Part shown: piece after piece, positions 39,047 through 54,500 of the stretch
How the letters are laid out: each line of letters begins with the position of its first letter
Numbering within the stretch: the first letter of the stretch is position 1
Virus record (IMG/VR): IMGVR_UViG_3300044723_007969
DNA length: 64,000 bases
From: a virus
Taxonomy: Duplodnaviria; Caudoviricetes
Strand: one strand, 5' to 3'
Made by a program: the position numbers and the translations under genes
Notes under the pieces: generated by a model
What the model was told of the DNA's origin: nothing
The model's database searches: none
The model's input: the letters and a program-made list of their open reading frames with translations, nothing else

Positions 39047-42000
39047 ATGGCCACAACAGACAGACAGAACAGATTATTAGTTGCGGAAGATTGGCAGAAG
39101 ATCTACCAGTCATTCCAGCAGGCAGATTTCAAATCCTACGATTTTGAAACACTACGTAGAACAATGGTGGCATATCTACGTGAGAACTATCCAGACGATT
39201 TCAACGATTTCGTGGAAAGTTCGGAGTACGTTGCACTCATAGATCTAATCGCCTACATAGCACAGGCTTTGAGTTTCAGGGTTGATCTAAACGCTAGGGA
39301 AAATTTCTTAGAAACCGCAGAAAGAAGAGACTCGGTACTAAGACTTGCACGTCTTATAAATTACAACGCCAAAAGAAATAGGCCAGCAACAGGGCTCTTG
39401 AAAATTAATTCTATGTCTACAACACAGGACGTGGTAGACAGTTCAGGCACAAACCTATCAAACCAAACTGTTATCTGGAATGACTCTGCAAACAGCAATT
39501 ACAGAGAACAGTTTATTGCGATATTGAATGCCGCTAACCAAACAGGACAACTTTTTGGAAATCCAAGGGAGTCAGGACCCATCGGTGGAATAGATACAGA
39601 AGTATACACTTTAAGTTCCAACCAGATCGATCTGCCTTTGTTCAAGTATGTCAAGTCTATTGGCGGAGTATCAAGACAGTTTGAAATAGTACCAAGCACA
39701 ATAAACAATTCTGATTCAATTTATGAATCAGATCCTATCCCGGGCACAGGCCTGACCTACACTTATAGATCAGACGGCGGCGGTGACAGTTCCAACAACA
39801 CAGGATTCTTTTTCTTGTTCAAGCAAGGAACCATGCAGTATGCAGACTTCACAGTGGACACAGCAATCACGAATTACATTAGATCCATAACGGTTAACAA
39901 TATCAATGACTCGGACGTGTGGCTGTACAAGTTGGACCAGTTCGGACAGATGTCAGAGAAATGGACACAGGTACCTGCACTATCTGGAAACAACGCAATT
40001 TATAACTCTCTATCAGGCTCGGAAAGAAACATCTACAATGTTGTTACTAAGGCAGATGATAAGATAGATCTAGTTTTTGGAGACGGAACTTTTTCTAATC
40101 TCCCCCTAGGGTCTTTTAGGACATATCACAGGATAAGCGACAACGTAAAATACGCTATAACACCTGCAGACATGCAGAACGTGACTTTATCAGTTCCTTA
40201 CACAGACAACTTTGGAGCACAACAGAGCCTTACATTGTCAGTGGGATTAAGACAGTCGGTTTACAATTCCGCGGCCGCAGAAACCAGTGAGTCGATAAAA
40301 GAAAAAGCCGCACAGGTTTATTATTCACAGAATAGGATGATCACAGCAGAGGATTATCAAGTGGTACCCCTTTCAGCATCACAAGAAATAGTAAAAGTTA
40401 GATCTATTAACAGATCAGCCTCAGGAATTTCAAGAGCCAAGGAGATACTCGACCCATCAGGTGCATATTCAAATGTCAGTGTTTTTGCAGATGACGGAAT
40501 ATTATACAGAGAAGAATCAACACAACAATTTACTTTCACGTTCAACAACAGGGGTGACATACAATCAATAATGGACGGTTCAATAGAAAACAAACTGAAA
40601 CAACCATACTCGAGACACTTCTACTATTTCAAATATGGGACGAAAGATCTCAGCACATTAACTGCCACGTGGAATTCAACTACTACATCCACGAACACCA
40701 ATACCGGATACTTTACTTCTACAGGTGCATTGTCGATCGGTGATTTTGCAACTTCTAATTTTAAATTCGCAAAGCCGGGTGCATTGGTTAAATTCACTTC
40801 ACCAGACACACGAGGGTTTTTAAACGATTCCTTAGTTACAGCAGGAACAGATGATGCTCAAGACAGGAAATGGGCCAAGATAGGTGCATTAGTAGGAGAT
40901 GGCGCAAACAGCGGTGTAGGTAACCTTGAGTCGGGTGTTGGACCTGTGACGTTGAGTAGTGTGATACCTAACGGTGCAGTTGCAAGTGCAGTGATACCGA
41001 ATTTCACAACTTCATTTGCACAAGACCTAGAGTTGAACATGATGGATAGAATAGAACAATTTGAAGAGTTCGGTCTAAGATACGATATTAATTCGGAAAC
41101 ATGGAAAGTTATTACAGCAACAAATTTAAGCACTTCGTCTGTTTTCAGCCTTGATAACACAGGTGATACCTCAGCAACTAATTTAGATGCAAGTTGGTGG
41201 TTCAAGTTCACCAATGACGGAAACACGTACACAGTGACATACAGGAAGTTGGAATATATATTTGAATCTGAATCACAGAACAAGTTTCACTACGACACAG
41301 AAGAAAAAATTTACGATTACAAGACAGGAAAAAGTGTTAAGGACACAGTAAAAGTACTAAAAACTAATTCATTAATATCTACAGGCAACAGCATAGGTTA
41401 CCCTATTACATGGCAAGTGACAGACACAGTGAAAGAAGCAGACGGTTTCCAAGACAACAGGAAAGTCAAGGTTGGCTTCTATGATGATGACGACGACGGT
41501 GTTGTAGACAATCCTGAACTTTTTGATATTATTGTGGAGCCAACATTATCTGAAAGCACCAAATTTGTATTTTTTGAAAAATACACATCCTATGACAACA
41601 TATCAAGATTTAGACCATACGCGGCATCAAACTTTGTGGTGACACAAAATGAATCAGATATAAATCTTAACACTGCCACGTACACAGATAATCAGTTGTT
41701 TTACTTTTACGCATCAGATGAGGACGTGATAAAGAAGTACGACTTGTCTACCAACACACTTTCAACTACCACAGATTACTTGGCTAGAAAGGGTAGAAGG
41801 TCTATAAATTTCCAATACAAGCACAACGCAGGACAAGAGACAAGGATAGATCCTAGTGTCTCTAACATTGTAGATGTCTACATGCTGGAGAGAACTTATG
41901 ATAACCTTTACAGGATTTGGTTGCAGGACGGAGGTGTAAAACCTGCCACATCAACTTCAGACCAACTAAGGATTAATTATTCGGGTACTCTAAATCCATT

Positions 42001-42535
42001 GAAGTCACTTTCTGATCAGATAGTGTATCATCCGGTCAAGTACAAGATACTTTTCGGTAGCAACGCGGACGAGGAATTACAAGCCACGTTCAAAGTAGTT
42101 AAGAATCCTAAAACCAATGTGACAGACGCAGTAATAAAGACAAGAGTAGTTGCGGCAATAAACGAATTCTTTGCACTGGACAACTGGGATTTTGGAGATA
42201 CATTTTATTTTACAGAATTAGCCGCTTACATACACAATCAATTGGCTCCGGATCTGTTGACAGCAGTGATAGTTCCTAACCAATCAGGACAGGGTTTTGG
42301 GTCTCTGTTCCAGATAGATTCAGCGTCAGACGAAATTTTCATCAGTGGGGCCACCGTTGGTGATGTAACAATAATAAGTGCATTGGGAGCCAATCAGTTA
42401 TTGGCATCCGGCACAGTTGTGACATCAACATCAACTGCCACGAACAATACTACATCAGGATCAGCAGTATCAGGCTCTACTACAACAACGTCCGGTTCAG
42501 GTTCAAACACCGGCAGTAGTGGATCAGGATACTAA
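39047..42535 (+). CDS. gp6: baseplate wedge subunit (gp6-like)
   Basis: DF..L...M..YL, E.FL.TA..R.SV..LA....Y, L.FGDG, QNR.IT..DY. Confidence 0.88.
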   Translation: MATTDRQNRLLVAEDWQKIYQSFQQADFKSYDFETLRRTMVAYLRENYPDDFNDFVESSEYVALIDLIAYIAQALSFRVDLNARENFLETAERRDSVLRLARLINYNAKRNRPATGLLKINSMSTTQDVVDSSGTNLSNQTVIWNDSANSNYREQFIAILNAANQTGQLFGNPRESGPIGGIDTEVYTLSSNQIDLPLFKYVKSIGGVSRQFEIVPSTINNSDSIYESDPIPGTGLTYTYRSDGGGDSSNNTGFFFLFKQGTMQYADFTVDTAITNYIRSITVNNINDSDVWLYKLDQFGQMSEKWTQVPALSGNNAIYNSLSGSERNIYNVVTKADDKIDLVFGDGTFSNLPLGSFRTYHRISDNVKYAITPADMQNVTLSVPYTDNFGAQQSLTLSVGLRQSVYNSAAAETSESIKEKAAQVYYSQNRMITAEDYQVVPLSASQEIVKVRSINRSASGISRAKEILDPSGAYSNVSVFADDGILYREESTQQFTFTFNNRGDIQSIMDGSIENKLKQPYSRHFYYFKYGTKDLSTLTATWNSTTTSTNTNTGYFTSTGALSIGDFATSNFKFAKPGALVKFTSPDTRGFLNDSLVTAGTDDAQDRKWAKIGALVGDGANSGVGNLESGVGPVTLSSVIPNGAVASAVIPNFTTSFAQDLELNMMDRIEQFEEFGLRYDINSETWKVITATNLSTSSVFSLDNTGDTSATNLDASWWFKFTNDGNTYTVTYRKLEYIFESESQNKFHYDTEEKIYDYKTGKSVKDTVKVLKTNSLISTGNSIGYPITWQVTDTVKEADGFQDNRKVKVGFYDDDDDGVVDNPELFDIIVEPTLSESTKFVFFEKYTSYDNISRFRPYAASNFVVTQNESDINLNTATYTDNQLFYFYASDEDVIKKYDLSTNTLSTTTDYLARKGRRSINFQYKHNAGQETRIDPSVSNIVDVYMLERTYDNLYRIWLQDGGVKPATSTSDQLRINYSGTLNPLKSLSDQIVYHPVKYKILFGSNADEELQATFKVVKNPKTNVTDAVIKTRVVAAINEFFALDNWDFGDTFYFTELAAYIHNQLAPDLLTAVIVPNQSGQGFGSLFQIDSASDEIFISGATVGDVTIISALGANQLLASGTVVTSTSTATNNTTSGSAVSGSTTTTSGSGSNTGSSGSGY

Positions 42536-45500
42536 TGGCAGATAACACAACTAATTCACTAACAAATAACGAAGTTGTCAAACAAGGCAACAACGAGTAC
42601 AGACGTACGGTTCAACATTTACCTGCTTTTTATAGAACAGACACTAACCAGAGGTTCCTTTCCAGCACCGTAGATCCTTTGATACAGAAAGGTGCACTTG
42701 AAAGACTAGACGGGTTCATAGGTAGACAAGACGCATACACAAGGCAAGTCACAGACAGATATGTTTCTGCAACCAATCGGGATAGATATGCATACCAACT
42801 GGAACCGGCAGTAACATACACAAACAGAGACACAACGTCGGTCAACCCAGAGGATCAGGTCAAGTTCACAGGTACGTATGATGATTACATCAACCAGATC
42901 AAGTACTTTGGAGGAAAAATCAATAATCACGACAGACTAAACAAAGAAAAAATATACAGTTGGAATCCTGCGATTGACTACGACAAACTGATCAATTACA
43001 GAGAGTATTACTGGATACCAGAGGGACCGGGATCCATAGAAATAGATTCTGTAGGACCAAATGCAGTGGCGGAATATTCAGTAGAGAATTTAGCACAAGG
43101 TGCCTACAACTTCTCACACAGGGAGAATGAAAACAATCCTATATTGACACTTTACAGAGGCAACACATACAAATTTAATGTAAACGCAAAAGGACATCCG
43201 TTCTACATAATGACTGAGCCATACAAGGACGGGTCGACAAATTTATTTTACACGTCAGGTGTGACCAATGCTGGCGCAGACACAGGGACAGTGACTTTTA
43301 CAGTGCCTACGGGAGCACCGGATATACTTTACTATCAGTGTGGTAATCATGATGCCATGTATGGTATCTTACAAATAAAAACTATCACGTCGACAACAGA
43401 AATCAATCCTGCCGATGACATAATAGGTGCAAAAAATTACAGTCTGAGAACTTTAGATCTTTCAAATGGTATGAAGATCAAGTTTCCGGCCAGCCTAGTG
43501 GGATCAGATTATCAGAACAGGGAATACTACGTTGAGGGCGTTGGAGATTCAATAACATTGACAGACGTTGATGACATGATAACTCCGGCCAGTTATTCCA
43601 CAGAGACGACAGTATTATATGATGCAGTTGGTTATGACACAAGACCTTATGCAAAGGCTTTCTACACACCAGACGCTAAAGATTACATAACAATTAAGAA
43701 GGATTCACGTGACCAGAACTCCTGGTCAAGATATAACAGATGGTTCCACAGATCTGTGATTGAAGAGACTGCTAGGGTTTCGGGTTTCACACCTGTACTG
43801 GATGAGGACAGCAGGGCAAAGAGACCCATAATTGAGTTTGATTCAGGACTAGCACTTTATAACCATGGTACGGTAGCCAAAAGATCCGTAACACTTTTTG
43901 ATACAGTAACGACAGATGCTTTCAGCAGTGTGGTCAAACAGACAGGTTATATCATTGATGGATTACCTGTAGAAGACGGAATGAGAGTTGTGTTTTCTGC
44001 AGACACTGATTCTACAGTTAAAAATAAAATATATGTCGTGAACTTTGTCACAGCAGGAGATTCCACACAGGTAATATCCTTAACAGAAGCATCAGACGGC
44101 ACACCAGCGGCCGACGAAAGTATTTTTATTGAGTTTGGTTCAGCAAACCAAGGAAACACATATCACTATGATGCAACATCTGAATCATGGAAATTATCTC
44201 AACAGAAGACCGGAGTGAACCAACAGCCGTTGTTCAAAATGTTCGACAACGAACATACTAGTTTCGACGATGCAACAACGTATCCCAACTCATCTTTCAC
44301 AGGTGCAACTGTTTTCAAATTTGCAACGTCGGATACAGCACCGACAGACACAGTATTGGGTATAAAAGTGAAATACAACACTGTCAACAACATCGGTGAC
44401 ATAGTGTTTGAATCAGATCATACATCTGGAACATTCACATACAAATTAGGTACTACAACATTTACAAAGAATCTCGCCGAGGGACATCTACACTATACAA
44501 CAAGCAGAACAACGCACAATTCTAGAAGTTCGTGGATACAGAGCACAAACCCTAGCAAACAACGAGTCATAAGGACTTTCACAGTTGGGAAAACAGAAAA
44601 AAAATTATTCCCTGTGGACTGTTATGACAAATCAGCATTATTGACCGATCTTGAAATTTCAGTTTCTGTGAATGGTGAGAAAAAATCGCTGACAACAGAT
44701 TACACATTAGTAAATGGTACTAAAAACAGATACGTAAAATTTGTCAAAGAACTTATTGTGGATGACCAAATAAGGTTATCTGTGTACAGTGCCGCCGACA
44801 AAGTGAAAGGCAAAGGCATTTATGAGGTTCCAGACAACTTGTCCACAAACAGCATGAATGGCAAGTTAGGCACATTCACTTATGGTCAGGTGTTGAGACA
44901 TGTAAGAGATATATTTGAGAAGAACACTAATCTCACAGGATCGGTGCCAGGTAGCACAAATTTAAGAGATAATCCAGACTCACGTTTTCTAGGTGGTACA
45001 ATACACCAACACGAAGGTCCATTACTGCCGGCAATATACGGGCTGATAGATCGAGATACTAATTTAATTAATGCCATTGAGTACACAGCTCATGAATATG
45101 AAAAATGGTATGATGCATTTCTGACACATATAACAGGTACTGCTTACGAGGGAGTTGCCGCTGATAGGGTGGATGAAATAATCAGCAGTATTACTACTGG
45201 AAGGAATTCGAGTTTTCCTTTCTACTATGAAGACATGTTGGGGTATGGAGAGAATGTTACAACTAGATCATACACGGTGTTGGGTGCATCACAGACAGAA
45301 TATGCAATAGATTCAATTCATGACATAACCAAAATAAGCAATAGGGCAGTGTACGTTTATCTTAATGATGTGCAGTTGTTGGTCGGCTCACAGTACACAT
45401 TCAGCACCACAGACGATAGTGTCAACATAACAGCAACACTTACCGAAGGAGATAGGATCGTAATAAAAGATTACGCAGACACAACAGGAAGTTACATGCC

Positions 45501-48500
45501 AACTTCACCGACCAAACTAGGCATGTATCCAAAGTTTACACCAGAAATATTCACGGATGACACATACATCACAAGCACGACAGTGATAAGAAAACATGAT
45601 GGATCCATAATTAAAGCATACGGTGACGAACGTGATTCTTTAATACTGGAATTAGAGAAAAGAATTTACAACAATCTTAAGACATCGTACGATAACACAC
45701 TTATCAACATAAATGACGTATTGCCAAATGTTTTTTCTTCAACGGAGTATACGGTAGATGAAATAAATGACATAATGGCAACAGATTTCTACTCATGGGC
45801 GGGACGTGGAAATGTACAATACATCAGTAACACAACATTCGTAGAAGGATCACCATTCACTTACAACTATGCACGATCAACATCCAACAAGTCAGGTGAC
45901 AAGTTGCCGGGATATTGGAGAGCCATATACAAAGAATATTACGACACAGATGCACCTCACGTGAGACCATGGGAGATGCTAGGACATTCAGAAAAGCCAA
46001 CAGATTGGGACACAACTTATGGAACTGCACCTTACACCTCAGGTAACAGTATTTTATGGAACAAAATTGCCACAGAGTCAGGAAGGTACGGCAAACCAGG
46101 CATACTAAATTACTTGCCGGTAGACACATCAGGTAACCTGCTCGACCCGTTGGCGATAGGGTTAGTGGACAACCTCGACGTGGCAGGCAGGTCAGCAGGA
46201 TGGAAGTTTGGTGATCAATCACCAGCAGAAACTGCCTGGAGGAGATCGTCAGCATATACTTTTTCAGTGATAAGAACATTGGCACTGACAAAACCCGCCA
46301 AGTTTTTCAGCAACTTATTTGATCCATCTAGATTGACAACAAATGTTGCAGGAAATCAGATAGACACAGACACAGGAGTCAGGTCCACACTGGCCACTTC
46401 TAAATATCACCTAGAGACTGTAACAGACAACAACACAGGAATAACGACGAGGTACCACACAGCGGGTTACCAGCCCTTTATTGTGAACCACTTGGTGTCA
46501 AAGAACCTTGATCCAAAAACTTTCTACTATGACAGGATGAAAAATCTTAAAGTTCAACTGGCATACAAATTGGGAGGATTCACTGACAAGGATAATATAA
46601 AAATATTAACAGATTCAGTATCTCCAGGATCAACATCAGGATCCAAGTTCATACCTGATGAGAACTACAAGATTTTATTCAGGACGTCAAACCCTGTTGA
46701 CAGTTTCCAATATTCGGGTGTACTGATTGAGAAGAACACGGATACAACAACAAAAACAGATGGTTCTACTGTAACAAATGTTGGTGGGTATAAAGTTCTA
46801 GGTTATTCAAAATCAAAACCGTATTTTAACTTCAATTATCCGATAAAGACCACAACTGCTTCAGCAGTGTCAGTGGAAGGTTCGGTGACAGTAGAGAAAT
46901 TTAACATCTACCAAGAAGCCACACAGACTGTGCCTTATGGGCATGTGTTCGACACCATACAGGATGTGGCTGACTTCTTGTTTGGATACGGACACTGGTT
47001 GGAAGACCAAGGGTTCCGCTTTAATAAGTTTTCAAAGGAACTGAAGGAAACATTGAACTGGTCAAACGCAGTTAGAGAATTCTTGTTCTGGACAACACAA
47101 CAATGGACACCAGGATCAGCGGTAACAGTATCACCTGCGGCAGACGGTTTCGAGTTAGACACAACAGACGGTATTGTAGGCAAAATGCGAAATCTTTCGG
47201 GAGACTATTCTATACTTGACTCCGGTGGAAGAAAAATAGATGTAAGAGAAATATCAACAAAGAGATTAGGTAAAACATTCGAGTTAGGAATCAAATCTGC
47301 AGATGTTGGACTATACAATATTGCTTTGAACACCGTACAGAAGGAACACATTCTGTTGTTTGACAACAGCACCGTGTTCTCGGATATCATATACGAACCA
47401 TACACAGGATTTAGACAAGAGAGATTAAAACTTGTTGGATGGAAAACAGCCGGATGGAACGGCGACTACTATGCTCCAGGGTTTGTGTTTGATGCCGCAC
47501 AGGTCACATACTGGTTGGCCAACACAGATTACAGGATCGGGGATTCAGTAGAGTATCAGGCCAAATTCTATGTGTCCAAGGCAAATCACAATTCGGGACC
47601 TAAGTTTGACATAGAGAATTGGACATTGAAAACAGAAAAACCAGCACCACAACTAATACCAAACTTCGAATACAAGATTTCACAATTCAATGATTTTTAC
47701 AATCTAGAAACGAACAACTTTGATGAATCTCAACAAAAGTTAGCACAGAGATTGATCGGGTATCAGTCAAGGGATTACTTAGAAAATCTTTTCGTCAACG
47801 ACGTATCACAGTACAAGTTCTATCACGGATTTATAAAGGAGAAAGGTACCAAAAATGCAATAGACAAGATACTCAAAGCCAAGTATGAGGGCGAGGACAT
47901 TGATCTAGATCTACATCCTGAATGGATGATAAGGACAGGAAATTTTGGTAACACAGATTCAACGGAAAGCATACAGATAACACTCAATCAAAATCAAATT
48001 ACTTCAGATCCTCAGAGCATTGAGCTACTAGAAAACACAAAAGACACGCCGGAGTACGCAAGATCAGAAGGTGTTGCTAAAGATAATTTTTTCTACAAGC
48101 CAGTGGAGTACACAACCTCAACAACGTTCAGTAGGTTGGATTACACTAAAGAAGGAGTTAATAGAGATACTGCACAGGTATTCAAGACTGCTGGCTATCC
48201 ACAGTTGGGACAGGTACAACACACAGCATTCAATATAACAGACATTTTCAACCTAGATGTAAACAGAGTTGCATCAAGCGAATTGATATGGGTGGCCAAT
48301 AAATCTAATAGAGATTGGGACGTGTTCAGGATCACAGCGGGAGATTTTAAAATTGCAACTGTGCGTTCAGTAAATGGTGCCTCGCAGTTGGAACTTATCT
48401 TCACAGGTTCACATGGATTGTCACAAGGTACACAGACAACAGAAGCAGATTACTTCGCTATAAGCAACAGCGAGGAAGAAACGCTTAATGGAGTTTATCA

Positions 48501-51500
48501 GGTCGCTTCGATAGTGGACCACAGGACTGTACTCATTGATTACACAGGTAATACATCTTTCATACCGGCATTGGAAGATGGATCGACTGCAGACACTTAT
48601 GGCAATGTCTATAAGTTTATATCTGTGAGAGTAGATTCCATGGACAACTGTAATGACAAAATAAACTATGACAAGTACAGGGATAGAGACAACAGCATAG
48701 AACGTGAGGGCGACAAGGTTTTCGCAGACGCAGACAGTTCGGGACTGTGGCGTGTTTATGAAAAGCAAGATCCATACACACTGAAAAACATTTTATCTCC
48801 AGATTCAGCAACGACCCAACAAGATTTTGGACACAGGATAGTTGCACGTAATGACGGAAGGACGGTGATCGCATCTGCACCTGGCAAAGCACAAGGGGAA
48901 GTACACTTCCTGTTCAGGTCCACAGCAACACCAGGGTCACTGTTCAGACCAAACTCAACGGTTACAACGACGGCCGGAAATGACAATACAAGTAAACTAG
49001 GTGAATCACTGTCGATGAGCACGGATGAGAACTTTGTTATTGCGGGTGCACCGTATGCCAATTCTCTTGGTTCAGATGGTAGCACAAGATTCGCAGACGC
49101 AGGAGCCATAGAGTTATTTGTGTGGGATCCGTCGACGTTCAAGTACGGAACACTAGTGACAAAGAGACCACCCACAGACCAGGCATCACAGAACTTTGGC
49201 TGGGCACACAAGATCGCTGAGCCAGGTGCAAGTTCAGTCAGAAGCACGCCAACAAAATACATGTTTGTGTCCGCACCTGGACTTAATTCAGACACGGGCA
49301 GAGTGTACATGTATGAGTGGGGTATAGGTGCTGATGGATCAACGTATGATTCATGGACTCAGTGTGCAACAATAGATTCAGCAGAAGGTGGATCAGGGCA
49401 GAGATTCGGTCACCGGTTGGAAGTCAACGACAACGGGGACATATTGGCTGTAAGTTCGATCGCACCAGGCAACGCAGGCAAGGTTGACATATTTGTTAGA
49501 TCATCACACTCCAATGACGATAGTGTGGCACATTCATTCACTCATGTACAAACACTGACAGGAGTATCAACAGATGGCTCTAGTTTGAACACACAATTTG
49601 GTGATTCCGTTGCAATGAGCAAAGACGGAACACGATTGATTATAGGAGCACCGGGCGTTGACAAAACAGAGCAAGACGATGCAGGTGCAATATATTATTA
49701 CAAATGGAACGCAGACGGTTCCACAAACACATACACATTACAACAGACCATGGAATCACCTGATTCCCAAGTCAACATGAGATTTGGAACGTCATTAAGC
49801 ATGAACCAAGCAGGCACCAGGTTGATCATAGGCGCACAGAATTTTTCAAACGTCAGAGAGATGAAGTTCGACGCCGGAGAAACAACATTCGATCTACAAG
49901 ACACAACAATATCAGATACCAACACAGAATCAGGCAGTGCCTACACGGCCACGATGTACAACACCAAATTTGTCATAGATGACAGATTGATCACGGATAG
50001 TGTGTCAGCACACGACGGGTTCGGCAAAGGAGTTTGTGTCACAGACAACACAGTGCTGGTAGGAGCGCCACAGGATGATGGCAACATCGCATCGGACGGA
50101 AGTAGCAGGGTGCAGAACGACGGAACACTGTCGTGTTTTGATCTATCTGTTTCAGGGGAATATGCATGGAAAAATATAACTTTTGAGACACCGTTGATCG
50201 ACATAGAGAAGGCCGGACAGGTATTTGATTTCAACAACAAAACTAAACAAATAAGAGATTTCTATGACCTTTATGATCCAGTGCAAGGTCGTATATTGGG
50301 GGTAGCAGATCGTGAAATCAATTACAAGACAGAGTGGGATCCAGCGACCTACAACACAGGCCAAGACGAAAATACAAAAACACCATGGGCGGAGGAACAC
50401 CTGGGAGAAGTATGGTGGGATCTATCTCAGGTAAAATGGCTTTGGTATGATCAAGGTACACAAGAATACAAATTTAATCACTGGGGACAGAAATTTCCAG
50501 GATCGACAATAGACATATATGAATGGACAGAGTCACCCGTGCTTCCAAGCGTATGGAACACCAGGTCTGGCACACAACAAGGAGCAGTGGAAGGCATATC
50601 AGGAATAGCCGCGTATGGTGATGACTCTAGTTATAACATAGTTCAGAGATATAACTCTTCCGTCAACAGATTTGTGAACATCTATTACTTCTGGGTAAGG
50701 AACAGATCAACTGTACCTACAAATAGTGTTGTGACGAGAAAGAACTCCACATCATTCGTGTCAAACCTTATAGACTTTCCGGAAAGATTTTCATACAAGT
50801 ATTACTCTATAACAGACACCAACATGTTGATCATCAACAAGATAGGCGCACTGACAAACAGTGACATTGTTCTCAACATAGACATCCGGACAAACAACTT
50901 CGAGGGCGATTCACACAGCGTATGGAAACTGGCGAAAGAGGGTGATAAGGACTGGAGACCAGGACATCAGATAGAGACACGTTGGTGGGATTCACTCACA
51001 GGCAAGAACGTAGCAGGTGATATTGTTCCTGATCTAGACCTACCGGTCAACAGGAGATATGGAAACAACATAAGACCTAGGCAGGGGTGGTATGTGAACA
51101 GGTTCAATGCATTGAAAGAAATAATAGATTATGCAAATGATGTGTTGAAGAAACATCAACTAGTAGGAACAATCAATCTTAACAACTTAAACTCTGCTGA
51201 TCCAGAACCAACAGCACAGAGTTTAGAATGGGACGCATATGTAGACACCTACGCAGAATTGACATACATCGACACTAGAGAGTTCTCTGGAACAGTCAAC
51301 TATCTTGTGAAGGCGGACGAAACGGCCAATAATTATTGGGCAATATATACTTGGGACGGTACTGAATGGACTAGGACAAAATTACAAACTTACAACACCT
51401 CCGCTTATTGGGGTTACACAGATTGGTATCAAGTACTGGAACATCATGGTGAGACAGGTATGGTACATGATGCAAATACAAAAATTGACAAACAGGTGAC

Positions 51501-54500
51501 ATATCAGTATGAATTGGATACATTGGATCTTGCTGTTGGCAAACATGTAAAAGTGACATCAGCCGACACGGGTGGATGGAAACTGTTCATGAAAACAGCA
51601 ACAGGATGGAGCAACGTTGGAACAGAAAACGGCACAATTAGATTAAAAACAACACTGTATGATTATTCCCAGGATGCCACGGGATTTGCAGGACAGGACA
51701 GTTTCGACGACAATTTCTTTGATCAGGATCCGTCAACAGAAACTAGAAAAATTTTAACAGCACTCAGAGATGATCTTTTCATCAATGATTTAGCGATAGA
51801 ATACAACACATTGTTCTTCACCGGACTTAGAAAGGTTCTAGAAGAACAAACATATGTGGACTGGATGTTCAAAACATCTTTTATCAATATTAAGAATTCT
51901 GTAAGGAAACTAGATCAGAGAAAAACTTACACCATAGGCACCGACAGTTGGATAGAGAGTTACATAAATGAAGTTAAACCTTTCCACACAACGATTAGGG
52001 AGTACAAGTTAGGTTACACAAACACAGACACACATGATGGTATATTCTCTGACTTTGATAATCCAACGTTCTATGACCCAGAGACGAACGCTATAAGATC
52101 TTTAAACGTTGACTCGGACACGGACAAGTTGACCGAATTCCCACACCAGATGTGGTATGACTACCATAAGAAATACGTGCAGTCCATCACAGTGACACAC
52201 GGAGGTTCAGGATATCAACAGATACCGATAGTTACGGTGCTCGGCGGAACAACAGGATCCACAGGACCTTTCCAGATACAGGCTACAAGTTCATCAGGCA
52301 CAACAAGTGGACAGTTTGGTTACTACTATCCTTTGTTCACAAACGAGAAACAAGCAGAGATTTATGACACACAGAATGGTGGAACTGGCACAACGAAGAC
52401 TTACACGTTCGATGGCTATCCGGGTTCTTTCTATGGACCAACGGCATCAACAGCAGAATCAACAAGTGACAAGTCTGGGGCCTTCAAGATGTACATAACA
52501 CCAACAAACACTGCGGCAACAGCCACAGCGACAATACAGAATGGTGCAGTCACAAAGATAACTGTCACGGGAATTGGTGCAAATTACAACAGCACTCCTG
52601 TGGTGATAATATCCGGGGGACGAACGGACGGTTCAACACCAACAGACACTGCCAAGGCATACGCAAATTTGAACAATGACTTGGTCAGAGATCTAGATAC
52701 AACAATAAAATTTGACAGGGTGTCTAGCACGTCCAGGGTACAGGACTGGACGGCGTCTACGGCGTACGCTTACAATGATCTAATTAGACACAAAAATCAA
52801 TTGTACAAAGTGACAAAAGCGTTTACGGCAACAACCGATTTTGATGACAATGTAGCAGATCTTTACAAGGTTTATGGAGATGAGACAGGTTTAACAGCCG
52901 CTGACAGGACAAAAGGTTTCTACACGCCAGGCACAGGAATGCCGGGCAACGAACTTGACCAGGTCATGACAGGTATCGACTACGGCGGAACAATGGTGAC
53001 AGGATTGCTGTTCAACCAGAGCCAAGGGTGGGACAGATCGGGTTGGTATGATTTTCCATGGGACAACTATGGAGGTTCTAGAGTCAAGGCATTCAAGGGA
53101 GATGGTTCATCTAACACCTTCACATTTGATACCGCACCTGCAACAACAGAAGTTTATCAAGTCTATATAACAGAAGATGACAGCACAAGGAGAAAACTCA
53201 CAGATGTTGTGAGGGGTGATGGGTCAAGCGTGGTCATGCCTGTTGGCGGATTGAGTATAACACCGAACGCAAACGCATTGGTAGAATTCATACCGTTCGA
53301 TGACGACGGTGTGTTGACACCGACAGATGACAGGACATTGGATTCCATAGTCAAAGGTGGACTTTTTGGATCAGCATTAGGACATGCACCTAGTGATATA
53401 ATGTTAGAAGGCGACGACTTTGTATCACCAGATACTAGTTACGCACCTGAAGAGACTGTGCCAGGTCAGTTGTTTGACACATTAGACATAAAAGTTTACA
53501 CATCACCAGAGTCAGGAGTTCCATTTATCAGCGAGAAAAATTACACAGGAAATGGAAGCACAACAACTTTCGCCATAGGAGACTTTCCAGGAACATTGGG
53601 ATCAGTGACAGTGAGTGTTGGTGGCGTTGTGAAAAAACTAACAACAGATTACACAATCAATGTTGCAAACAAAACAATAACATTTGGATCGGCACCTGCT
53701 AACGGCAGTGTAATAGCAACTAGGGTTTTTGCTATATCAGGGGATAATTACAGGGTGCTTGACACATTCGTTGGAGATAATTCAACAGTATCGTTTACGA
53801 CTTCGTCAAGAAGTGAGTTCAATCTAGATTCAACTGTATCAGACATATACGTGACACAGGATGGAGTACCAAGGACAGATTTTACACGAACCATTACAGC
53901 GAATACGGTTACAATAACTTTCAATTCACCGGTACCACCGACAGGTGCCTTTATACAGGTTGCAGGATTCAACAAGTCAGCAAGTTCTCCAACAAGGAGT
54001 TTTGCAAGTATAAGGAATCAAGAACTAACATATGCAAGTGGAACGAACAGATACACATTGACATATCCACCAGGTTCTATAGGTCCATTCTCAGGTTTGA
54101 CAACAGTGGAAGTAAACGGTAGGGTGCTACGAGGACCAGACAACACGTATTATGTTGGTGACGGAAGCACATACACTTATGGAGTAGTGTCAGGTCTAGA
54201 GGATGATTCCACAGTTGACCCAGCAAAAACAATTTCATCTGCTTCGCAGGTAGAAGTTTATGTGAACGGAACTAAGAAAGATTTAAACACCGACTACACA
54301 GTTGATATAGGAAATCAAAATATAGAGTTTGTTACATCAGCAGTACCAACATCAACAGATGTAATCTGTATTTCAACTTTAGTTGATCATCAGTACTTTA
54401 ATCAAGGCACAGATATCATATTGGTACCTAGTGCTATAACTTCACCGTATTCACTTTCAAACAGCGACAAGATTTCAGTAACAACATTTAATAATGCTTT

